Of a DNA stretch of 64,000 bases, positions 18,130-27,100 are shown in pieces. Position 1 is the first letter of the stretch. The number at the start of each line of letters is the position of its first letter. The stretch is from the NCBI GenBank assembly GCA_031413515.1, contig JANOFF010000031.1, forward strand, positions 131,166-195,165, given 5' to 3'. A program made the translations under genes and the position numbers. The notes beneath the pieces were generated by a model. That model worked only from the letters and a program-made list of their open reading frames with translations. It was not told the DNA's origin and searched no databases. Source of the DNA: a bacterium (GTDB taxonomy: Bacteria; Myxococcota_A; UBA9160; UBA4427).

Positions 18130-18896
18130 CGCCCTCGATCAGCGCCTGCGTGATCGCCTGCAACGAGGAGAGCGAGCTTCCCCGCTGCCTCGATTCGATC
18201 CGGTTCGCCGACGAACTGGTGATGGTCGTCGATGCCAGGAGTCGCGACGGCAGCGAGAAGATCGCCCTCGAACGGGCCGATCGCTGCGAGGTGCGTCCCT
18301 ACGCGGGCGACATCGAGCAGAAGAGCCACTGCGTCGGGCTGGCGACCCACGACTGGGTGCTGATCGTCGATCCCGACGAGGTCATCCCGCCGGCACTCGC
18401 CGCCGAGTTGCAGGCTGCGATCCGCGATGCGTCGCCCGCGGTGGCGGGCATCGAGATCGACCGCCTCACCTACCACCTCGGGCGCTGGATCCGTCACGGC
18501 GATTTCCATCCCGACTGGACGCTGCGCGCCTTCCGTCGTTCCCGGGCGCGCTTCGTCGGGCGCAATCCGCATGGACGCATCGAAGTCGACGGCCAGCGGC
18601 TGCGCGTCGCCACCCCGCTCGAGCACTACAGCTACCGCGATCTCGCCGATCAGATCGACCGCATCCAGCACTTCAGCGACGAGGCGGCGCGCGCCCTCGA
18701 TCGCGAGGGACGCCGCGTCCGCCTGGTCGATCTCGTGGCCCGACCGCCGGCACGGTTCGTGCGCGCCTATCTGCTGCGCCGGGGTTTCCTCGACGGCGTT
18801 CCGGGGCTCGTGATCGCGGTGGCGACCGCGTTCCACGTGTTCGTCAAGTACGCCAAGCTGTGGGAGAGGCAGCGGCTGCGCGGTCCCGACTCCTGA
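18126..18896 (+). CDS. Glycosyltransferase family 2 (LPS-core WaaE/KdtX-like)
   Basis: ISACVIACNEESELPRCLDSI and VVDARSRDGS N-terminal GT2 motifs. ATGA overlap with the spoT stop. Confidence 0.75.
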   Translation: MTPSISACVIACNEESELPRCLDSIRFADELVMVVDARSRDGSEKIALERADRCEVRPYAGDIEQKSHCVGLATHDWVLIVDPDEVIPPALAAELQAAIRDASPAVAGIEIDRLTYHLGRWIRHGDFHPDWTLRAFRRSRARFVGRNPHGRIEVDGQRLRVATPLEHYSYRDLADQIDRIQHFSDEAARALDREGRRVRLVDLVARPPARFVRAYLLRRGFLDGVPGLVIAVATAFHVFVKYAKLWERQRLRGPDS

Positions 18897-18900
18897 AGAG

Positions 18901-19037
18901 GGTCGATCGCCGCCCCCCGGCCCCCCGGCATTGCGGATCGAGCAGTTTGCAGTCATGCTCGGGCTCCACATACCGATGCGTATGTGATGGACCGATCGCC
19001 CTTTGATGCCGCTCAGGCCGGGGGAGGGGATCGACCG
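18901..19037. other. Structured intergenic element upstream of alkB: imperfect long-range inverted repeat enclosing two small hairpins
   Basis: Arm ggtcgatcgccgccccccggcc (18901-18922) pairs with ggccgggggaggggatcgacc (19017-19037) as 8 bp plus 9 bp around an internal loop. Inside are gagca/tgctc (5 bp) and a perfect cacatac-N6-gtatgtg hairpin (18967-18986). Confidence 0.4.
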
Positions 19038-19072
19038 AATTTCCGGGCAGGCAGCCCGGGCAGGAGAGACAG

Positions 19073-20494
19073 ATGGCCAGCGCGACGATCGGTGTACCGG
19101 CGGAGACGACACTCGCGCCGAGTGAGGTCTCCGCGATCTGGCTCGGGCATCTGATGTCATTCCTGATCCCCCTCGGCGCGCTCACGTATGTCTGGACCGG
19201 GCCCCATGCCTGGTATGTGGCGCCGCTCTTCATCGCGCCCTTCGCGATCTTCCACTGGCTGGACGTGCAGCCGCGCCACGAGCGCCGACAACCGGTCGAG
19301 ACGTTGCCCGCGTGGCCCTTCGATCTGATCGTGTACGCGCTGGTCGGCATCCACTTCGCGATCCTCTACGGGCTCGTCGTGATGTTCAGTCAGCAGCAGT
19401 TCTTCTCGCTCGACATGGCGATGGTGTTCGTGATCGTCGGCGGGAATTCGGGCTTCTCGATCATCACCGCCCACGAACTGATCCACCGGAAGGGCAGGGC
19501 GGATCAACTGCTCGGGCGCCTGCTGCTCGCCTCGGTGCTGTACGAGCACTTCTACACCGAACATCTTCGCGGCCATCACGCGCGGGTGGGCACGCCCGAG
19601 GATCCGGCGACGGCACGCTTCGGCGAGACCTACCAGGGATTCTTCCGACGAACCGTTCCCGCGCAGTTCCGCAGCGCCTGGCGTCTCGAAGCGAAGCGCC
19701 TCGGCGACGAGGACATGAAGCTCCTCGACCCGCGCATGCTCCGCAACCGCATCGTCCACGGACTGATCGTGGGCTGGGGGATGGCGTTCACGGTGGGTTT
19801 CGTGTTCGGCCCGGTCGCGTTCTTCGCCTACGTGCTGCAGGCCTTCGTGGCGATCCGGCTCCTCGAGGCGGTCAACTACTTCGAACACTGGGGCCTCACG
19901 AGGACGGGCAGACGCGTCCGACCGGTCGATTCCTGGGACACACACTCGTGGTTCACCTACTACGGGCTGATCGGGTTGTCGCGGCACGCGGACCACCACG
20001 CGTATCCGAGCCGGCCGTATCAGCAACTCCGCGTCTGGGACGCCGCGCCGGTCCTGCCGATCGGCTACGTGGGCCTCGTGGATCTGGTGCTGACCCGCAA
20101 CGACGAGTTCATCGACATCGCGACGCGGGAACTGCGCGCGCGGGGTCTCGGCCCGTTCGCCGACGGGGCAGAGCCCGCCGTCGCCGAGCCGCCGACCGGG
20201 CGCGGATCAGGCCTCGTGAAATCCTGGCGGAGCATTCCGGGCCCGCTGCGCGTCGTACTGCTGGTCGGTCTGGTGCTCGTGGGATCGGCGCTCGGTGTCG
20301 CGTTCGAGAGTGCCGGGGCGATCTCTCCGCTCGCAGCCGGACTGCACAGCGCAGCCATCATGGGAACGATCGCGTTCGTGTTGTTCTCGCGCGAGCGCAT
20401 CGAGAAGAAGGTGCAGAACGGCTGGATCTCCTGGGGCGCTGCGTTCGCGATGCTCTACGTCATCGGCGCCTCGCTCAGCACCGTGATGCGCTGA
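19073..20494 (+). CDS. alkB: AlkB-type integral-membrane di-iron alkane 1-monooxygenase / fatty-acid-desaturase-superfamily hydroxylase, with an extra C-terminal membrane extension
   Basis: All AlkB signature boxes are present: HELIHR, EHLRGHH, NYFEHWGL, LSRHADHHA. The ATG follows GGAGAGA. Confidence 0.8.
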   Translation: MASATIGVPAETTLAPSEVSAIWLGHLMSFLIPLGALTYVWTGPHAWYVAPLFIAPFAIFHWLDVQPRHERRQPVETLPAWPFDLIVYALVGIHFAILYGLVVMFSQQQFFSLDMAMVFVIVGGNSGFSIITAHELIHRKGRADQLLGRLLLASVLYEHFYTEHLRGHHARVGTPEDPATARFGETYQGFFRRTVPAQFRSAWRLEAKRLGDEDMKLLDPRMLRNRIVHGLIVGWGMAFTVGFVFGPVAFFAYVLQAFVAIRLLEAVNYFEHWGLTRTGRRVRPVDSWDTHSWFTYYGLIGLSRHADHHAYPSRPYQQLRVWDAAPVLPIGYVGLVDLVLTRNDEFIDIATRELRARGLGPFADGAEPAVAEPPTGRGSGLVKSWRSIPGPLRVVLLVGLVLVGSALGVAFESAGAISPLAAGLHSAAIMGTIAFVLFSRERIEKKVQNGWISWGAAFAMLYVIGASLSTVMR

Positions 20495-20581
20495 TCGGCG
20501 AGGGCGCAATGCGCCCTCGCAGACCTGGGTCCATGGACGCGCTGCTAGGCTGATCGAACCCGAAGACTCGAGAGGTTCCGG

Positions 20582-21361
20582 TTGGCGCGACTCACGAAAC
20601 TCAGTCGATCGATCCGCGACAAAGTGGCGATCGTCACCGGTGCCGCGAGCGGGATGGGGCTCGCGACCGCCTGGCTGTTCGCCGACGAGGGAGCGCGCGT
20701 CGCGGTGGTCGATCTCAGCGCCGACGGCGTGGCGCCCGTCGTCGCGGCGATCCGCGGGGCAGGGGGTGACGCCGAGGGCTACGCGGTGGATGTGAGCGAC
20801 GCGGAGGCGGTGCGCGACCTGGTGGCTGCCGTCGTGGCGCGCTTCGGCGGGCTCGACATCCTCGTCAACAACGCCGGGATCAGTCTGCCGACGCCCGTCG
20901 ACTCGCCGGACTACGAGTCTTCATGGGAGCGGACGCTGGCGGTCAATCTCACCGCCCATCAGCGGCTGATCCGCGCCGCGCTGCCGCACCTCGAGAAGAG
21001 CGGTGCGGGCCGCGTGGTCAACATCGCATCGACCGAGGGTGTCGGCGCACAGCCCTTCGTCAGCGCCTACACGGCCAGCAAGCACGGCGTGATCGGCCTG
21101 ACGCGCGCCTTCGCGGTGGAGCGCGCGCGCACGGGTGTCACGTTCAACTGCGTGTGCCCGGGGCCGATCCGGACCGGCATGACCCGCCCGATCCCCGACG
21201 AAGCCAAGAACAAGTTCGCGCGCCGGCGCGTCCCGATCGGCCGCTACGGGGATCCGGAGGAGGTCGCCCACGCGACGCTCGGTCTGGTGCTGCCCGCCGC
21301 TTCCTTCATCAACGGTGCGGTCCTGATGGCGGACGGCGGCCTGTCGATCCAGAACAACTGA
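20582..21361 (+). CDS. Short-chain dehydrogenase/reductase (FabG-like)
   Basis: TGAASGMG, NNAGI and YTASKHG motifs. Confidence 0.85.
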   Translation: MARLTKLSRSIRDKVAIVTGAASGMGLATAWLFADEGARVAVVDLSADGVAPVVAAIRGAGGDAEGYAVDVSDAEAVRDLVAAVVARFGGLDILVNNAGISLPTPVDSPDYESSWERTLAVNLTAHQRLIRAALPHLEKSGAGRVVNIASTEGVGAQPFVSAYTASKHGVIGLTRAFAVERARTGVTFNCVCPGPIRTGMTRPIPDEAKNKFARRRVPIGRYGDPEEVAHATLGLVLPAASFINGAVLMADGGLSIQNN

Positions 21362-21375
21362 GCCGCGGCCGGGGC

Positions 21376-22278
21376 TCAGCTCCGGGCGCCGCCTTGGGGC
21401 GCTGCCTCGACGACGCGGGTCACCGCCGATGCGGCGAGCCACGCGCTCCGTCCGTTCCACAGCTCGACCTGCAGCCAGTCGCCGCGATCCTCGAGGATGC
21501 GCAATTCAGTGCCTGCCGGCAGCGGCTCGCCGAAGAGACGCGGCGCGTTGATCGAGTCGGCGGCGCGCGGGATCGCATCGGGCACCGTCACGACAGCGGC
21601 ATTCGTGCCATCCTCGTCCGGATCGAGCGCGATCGAGAGCATCAGCGCGCCCCAGGCCGCGAACAGGACGGCTGCGATCACGCGCAGCCCGGGAACCCGG
21701 CGGACGATCGTCACCGCGAACAGGCCCGCGGCCAGTGCGAAGCAGACGGCCGCCACGCTGTGCGCCCGGTCGAGCGAGATCCGGTCGTGCCAGAAGTAGA
21801 ACGTGCTGGCGAGCCCGCCGTCACCCGGCTTCGGGATCCCGTCGGGCAGCAGTTCGCGTGCGTGGGTGAGGTTCCGGCGCGCGCGGTCGTGTGCCGGATC
21901 GAGCCACAGCGCACGGCGGTAGGCGAGGATCGCGTCGCCGAGCTGCTCGGCCTGCAGCGCCGCATTGCCCCGATTCGCCTCGAGATCGGCGCTGTGTGCG
22001 CCCGCGTCGGCGGCCGCCGCGAACAGCCTCTCGGCCTCGCCGAACAGCGCGATCCGCTCGTCGCGGCTCTCGCTCTCCATGGCCCGGGTGTAGCGCTCGA
22101 TGGCCCGCTCGATCTGCGAGACCGTGGCGGCGTGGGGATCGACGGGACCTTCGGCGGCGCCGACGCCGGACGTCGCAGTGAAGAGCAGGCTGGCGAGCAG
22201 ACTCGCGATCCACAGGCCATACGCGACGCTGCGCGATCGGCGGCTGTGCGTTCGGATGCCCGTGTGGTCGCAGCTCAT
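21376..22278 (-). CDS. batE: BatE-like TPR plus SH3b protein
   Basis: Signal/TM segment, a TPR-like region (NRGNAALQAEQLGDAILAYRRALWLDP), a TM segment, and a C-terminal SH3b-like LPAGTELRILEDRGDWLQVEL. Last gene of the Bat operon; ATGA overlap with batD. Confidence 0.7.
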   Translation of the reverse strand: MSCDHTGIRTHSRRSRSVAYGLWIASLLASLLFTATSGVGAAEGPVDPHAATVSQIERAIERYTRAMESESRDERIALFGEAERLFAAAADAGAHSADLEANRGNAALQAEQLGDAILAYRRALWLDPAHDRARRNLTHARELLPDGIPKPGDGGLASTFYFWHDRISLDRAHSVAAVCFALAAGLFAVTIVRRVPGLRVIAAVLFAAWGALMLSIALDPDEDGTNAAVVTVPDAIPRAADSINAPRLFGEPLPAGTELRILEDRGDWLQVELWNGRSAWLAASAVTRVVEAAPQGGARS

Positions 22279-24110
22279 CGGATCCGCTCCAACCACTCGT
22301 CGGCGAGCCACGCGGCCCGCGCGATCCGCGCGGATTCATCGGCTGCCAGACCGATCGTCGGTGCATACAGGACCTCGTCGCAGTCGCGCACGAAGGCCTC
22401 GATGGCGTCGCTGCGCAGGTCCGGATCGGCGGCCGAGAGTTCGCGCAGCGCACTCGCGATCTCGGCGAGGGCCTCGCGGCGCGGGCGCTTCGCAGCGGCG
22501 TCGATGCGGGCGCGTTGGCTGTGGTGGAGTTCGCGAAGTCGCCGCTCGCGCGGAGAGGCCTTCGTGCGGCGCTGCCAGAGCAGCGCACCCACCAGCAGAG
22601 CGACACCACCCCCGTAGAGCGAAGCCTGGACGAGGCGCGGCGACGCGGGTCGTACGTCGAGCCGCTCCAACCGGCGCTCGATCGAGAGGTCGACGCCGGC
22701 CAGGGACAGGCTGCCGGACGCGCCGGGCCCGTCGTCGCGGGCTGCCTCCCCGGCCTCGGGCTCGCGATCATCCTGCGCGGCCGGATCCGGTCTGGCCGCC
22801 ACGACGTCGTCCGCCGAGATCACCTGTGCGGGGCGCACCGAGAGCGCGATCGGCTGCGAGTGCGTGGTCTGATACGTGCCGAGTTCCGGATCGAACCAGG
22901 CGAACTCGAGCGCCGGGATCTCGCGCACCGACGGGTCGAGGACGCGCACCGCCACCTCGAACTGCTTGCCGTCATCGACGATCTCGCCCGAGCCGTCTCC
23001 CTCGGCGATCCGGAACTGTTCCGGGGGCAGCGCATCGGGTCGATCCAGGGGCGGCAGCCCCACCATCGACAACTGGCCGTCACCGCGCACCCGCATGCGG
23101 AGCGTGATCGGATCGCCGAGTTGCACGACACTGCGGTCGGCGGTCACGTCGAGCGAGAAGCCGCGACCGATCGCGCCGCCGAAGCTGTCCGGGCGTCCTT
23201 CCGCGGGTGCGGCAGCGACCTCGAGGCCGATCGCCTCGTCGCGGTCGAACAGCCGTCGGGTGTCCGCCGGCCGCCGCGAACCGAACAGATCGCGTTGCCA
23301 GCGCGTGACTTCCTCGACCGTGACCGTCGCCGGCTCGAACTCGAAGTCGCCACTGCGCAGCGCCACCATGCGCCGTTCGGCAGACAGCACGAGATAGTTC
23401 CGTCCCGCCTCGCTTCGTCGCTCGAGATTCGCGCGCAGGGCCAGTTCGCCGGTCGGGGTGTGGATCTGCAGGCTCTGATCGCCGGTCATCGCGATCTGGT
23501 CATCGAGGAAGTGGAACGCATCCGCGTCGTCGAAGAGAGGACTGCGGATCGCGTACTGGAGGATCTTGTCCTGCAGCGATTCCTCGAGCCACCACTCGAT
23601 CCGGATCGGAACCAGCTGGCCGATGTAGGTCGATTTCGTGGGCAACACGATCCGGATGCGGACCGAGGGGTCGAGGGGGACGTCTTCGACGAGGAGCACC
23701 TGGGGGTTCGACTGCAGGCGGGTGCCCGACTGCTCGGCGCGGAACGGAGCCAGGTGGAACTGGCCGGGACGCTGCGCGATGAACTGGAACTGGCACACGA
23801 AGGTGATGCTCTCAGTGCGCGTCATCTGTCCGTTGATGATCTGCACCGACGTGCTGAAGCTCGGCGCGATGGCGGTCAGCACGAGCGAGGCGCCATCCGG
23901 CGGATCGACCTCGCAGGTCGGCTCGGGTTCGCGCTGGATGCCGCTGAGCCGGAAGTGGATCTCGACGGGCTCGCCGACATAGTGCGGACCCCGCTCGAGC
24001 TGCAGCTGGGTCTCGATCGCGGCCGTGGCGGCGCCAGCCAGCGACCAGGCGAGCAGACCCGTCACCGAGGCGATGAGTGCGCGTCTTCGCTGGCTGACGG
24101 GTCGGATCAT
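22275..24110 (-). CDS. batD: BatD-like (oxygen-tolerance family) protein
   Basis: Signal peptide, repeated beta-rich modules (VGEPVEIHFRLSG..., LGDPITLRMRVRG...), a C-terminal TM segment and a helical tail. Size and operon position match BatD. Confidence 0.7.
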   Translation of the reverse strand: MIRPVSQRRRALIASVTGLLAWSLAGAATAAIETQLQLERGPHYVGEPVEIHFRLSGIQREPEPTCEVDPPDGASLVLTAIAPSFSTSVQIINGQMTRTESITFVCQFQFIAQRPGQFHLAPFRAEQSGTRLQSNPQVLLVEDVPLDPSVRIRIVLPTKSTYIGQLVPIRIEWWLEESLQDKILQYAIRSPLFDDADAFHFLDDQIAMTGDQSLQIHTPTGELALRANLERRSEAGRNYLVLSAERRMVALRSGDFEFEPATVTVEEVTRWQRDLFGSRRPADTRRLFDRDEAIGLEVAAAPAEGRPDSFGGAIGRGFSLDVTADRSVVQLGDPITLRMRVRGDGQLSMVGLPPLDRPDALPPEQFRIAEGDGSGEIVDDGKQFEVAVRVLDPSVREIPALEFAWFDPELGTYQTTHSQPIALSVRPAQVISADDVVAARPDPAAQDDREPEAGEAARDDGPGASGSLSLAGVDLSIERRLERLDVRPASPRLVQASLYGGGVALLVGALLWQRRTKASPRERRLRELHHSQRARIDAAAKRPRREALAEIASALRELSAADPDLRSDAIEAFVRDCDEVLYAPTIGLAADESARIARAAWLADEWLERIR

Positions 24111-24121
24111 GGCGCGAGAAC

Positions 24122-27100
24122 CTACCAGTCCCGCTCGACGGGTTCGTAGCCGCTCTGACCCCGGGTGCGGCGGCGGTGGCGTTCGGCTTCGCGGTCGCGC
24201 ACGGATTGCAGCAACTGGCCCGGGTCGGCCGCCCGTTCGGCCTCGGCCTGCCGAGCCTGCTCGGCCGCGGCGGACTCGGCTTGCGACGGTTCGCCCTCTG
24301 GCTGACCGGTTTCGGATTCCTGGCCGGATTTCGGATCCTGGGATTCTCCTTCCTGTCCGTCCTGCTGCTCCGACTGTTGTTGCTGATCCTGTTGCTGCGG
24401 CTGCTCCTGTTGTTTCGGAGGCTCGAGGATCGCGATCGCCTCGGCGAGATGCTCGACCGAGTCGTCCTGCACGGCCCGGATCGCGTCCACGTCGGGCTCC
24501 GCTCCCTCCGGCGACAGACCGGCTGCCGCCGTGGTCATCTCGCCGCTCGCGCTCAGCACCAGTTCGGCGGCCCGGGTGAGTCGCTCGGCCGCTTGCTCGG
24601 CCCCTTGCTCGACCACGGCGGGATCGACGGGCTCGCCGCCGGTCGCCACGGGCGGCCCGGCAAGTGCCTGCTCGTGGAGTGCATCCGCGAGTCTGCGGGT
24701 CGACTCGGCGAGTTCGGACTGTCGCGAGGCGACGAGCTCGAACGCCGCGGCGCGTTGCTCGGGCGGTCTTCCTCCGGCCGACTCGGTCTCGTCGGCGATC
24801 TCGATCTCCCGCCGCGCGGCGTCGCGCAGGTGTTCGACGATCGTGAAGTAGAGACGGCGGAGACTCTCGAGACCCTTCACGGCGGTCGCCACGCGATCCC
24901 GGCTCTGCGCCGTGGCGGCCGGGTCTGTCGGGACCCGAGCGAGCGCCTCGGCGGTTCCGCGCATCGCCGACTCGGTGAGGGCCAGCAGACCGTCCGCCGC
25001 CTCGAGGCGCGCGCGCTCGGCGGCGAGCTGTTCCTGTGCGGCAGGATCGGCGGCCGTCGCTCCGGCCGCGGCCGCATCGATCTCCGGGACCGAATCGGCG
25101 AGCAGTCTGGCCAGCCGGGCCGCGCGCTCGAGATTGCGCTGCTGCAGGGCGACCAGGGCCGGCGCGATTTCTTCGAGCGGGATCGGCTCGGCGTCGGCTC
25201 CGGGATCAGAGGCCGAGCCGCTTGCCGCTTCGGTTGTCGTTTCGGGATCGACGAAGCCCTGGATCCGACGCTCGTCCATGTAGCTCAGCTCGATCAGTCC
25301 GCGCAGATCGAGAAGCTGCTCGCGGGCGAGGGACAGCGCCTCGAGTCCCGCGAGCTGGGACTCGACGGCGACGAGCCCGTCGTCGATCGCGAGCGCCTGG
25401 CCCGCTTCGCTGAATCGCTCGCCGGCGTCGTGCACATGGGGAGCCGCCGTCGTGATGGCTTCGATCGCGGCACGCTGCTCGGCGCTCAGCTCGTCGCTGG
25501 CTGCGCTGCGTGCGGCCGCAAATCGGGCATCGAGTTCGCGTGTCCGCTCGGTGATCGAAGTCTGGAGCTCTGCGAGATACTCGACATCGAGCCAGTCGGG
25601 CAGGACCGGAGCGGGCTCGCTCGCTCCGATCGGAGCGCCGGCTCCCGCGAGAGCCAGCGCCCGGGTCTCGGCGGCCAGCGCAGACGCATCGACCTGCAGC
25701 CCGTCGAGCAGGCGGACGGGGTCGAGGAGCTGCTCGCGGGCGCGCTTCAGATTCTCGAGAGCGGTCATGCCCCGGCGATGGGCGCGCTCGGCCTGGCGGC
25801 GTCGCAGCTGACTGCGGGTCTGGCCCATGCGCTCGCGGGCGCGGTGCTGGTGGTCGAGCAGGCTCTCGAGCTGCGCGATCCGCATGGCTTGTTCCGGGGT
25901 GCGATCGGACTCCGAGATCGCGTTCAGCTGCGTCAGTTCGTCGCCGGCAAGATCGGCGATCTCGCCCGCCTCGGAGAGCCGCTCGCGCTGCTCCACGGTG
26001 AGACGCTTGAAGTCGCCCCGCAGCGCGTCGCCGGCGCTCGGGTCGTCGCTCGCCTGCAGGATCTCGACCAGCGCACGGGCGCCCCGATTGAGTGCGCGCT
26101 GCCCCTCGATCAGCGCGTCGAGGCGCTGCTCGAGGGTCTTCGAGTCGCGCTCGGCGAGCGTGTCGGCGAGCGCGAGCGCCCGCGCCAGCACGATCTCGAG
26201 GTTGCGGCGCGGTGCCTCTTCGTCGGGCCGGATCGAGATCGCTTCACGGAACCACTCCGCGGCGCGCTCGAGGGATTGCAGAGCCTTCGCGGGCTCGTCG
26301 GCCCGCAGTGCTTCGGCGCGCGCGGCCTCTAGCCAGCCGAGGTCGTAGCTGGCGCGATAGCGCGTCTCGCCATCGCCGCGCGCGGTCTGACGGGCTGCGG
26401 CGAGCGCGCGCTCGGCATCGTCGAGGGCATTCGCTTCGAGTGCGGCGACGCCCACGTTGAACGCCTCGCGCGGGACCTCGGGAATCTCGATCGACTTCGT
26501 CGCCTGCGCGCCGGCGGTCCCGCTCGGGTCGGACGGACTCGTCCCCTGCACGGGTCGATCTTCGTCGGTGAGTCCCGACGTCGGCGCCTGCGCGAGTGCT
26601 GGACTCGAAGGTGTGATGGCGCACAGCGCGAGTGCGAGGCCGGCGAGCAGTGTGTGCCGGCCGCGGCCGGCGATCACCGCGCCGAGCAACGCGAGCCACG
26701 CCACGAGCAGCGGCCACTGAAAGGCGTCGTGACGGATCGTGCGCTCCGTCTCGGCGCCCTCGGCCCGCATCAGCGGGCGGATGTGGGCTTCGAAGATCGA
26801 TTCGAGATCGAGCACCCCGGTACCCGCCGGCACGTAGGCACCCTCGGTCACGAGCGCGAGTTCGCGCAGCAGTTCGCCATCGAGGCGCGACCGCACGGGT
26901 CGACCGTCGGCATCGCTGATGGCGCGCCGCGCACCCGACGCCGGGTCCGTGATGAAGATCTCGCTGCCGGCTTCGTCGCCGAATCCGATCGCGAGGATGC
27001 GGATGCCCTGCTCGGCCGCTTCTCGCGCGGCATCGACGGGGAAGGAGTCGTGGTCTTCGCCGTCGGTGATCAGCAGGATCACCCGCGCCAGATCGCCCGC

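Noticed and set aside
21359-21378. Short hairpins whose arms contain the two convergent stop codons (tgagcc-N8-ggctca at 21359-21378; a similar tgactg...cagtc at 7576-7605 between lpxK and the Kdo-kinase-like gene)
   Set aside because: The stems are only 5-6 bp and there is no U-tract. They are partly an automatic consequence of TGA/TCA stop codons facing each other, which is insufficient to call terminators.
22515-26332. Long + strand ORFs (22515-24149, 24176-26332 and others) opposite batD and the giant batB/C gene
   Set aside because: Antisense shadow ORFs with biased Arg/Gly/Asp composition and no start-site context. The - strand genes have the operon logic (overlapping stops and starts) and the domain motifs.
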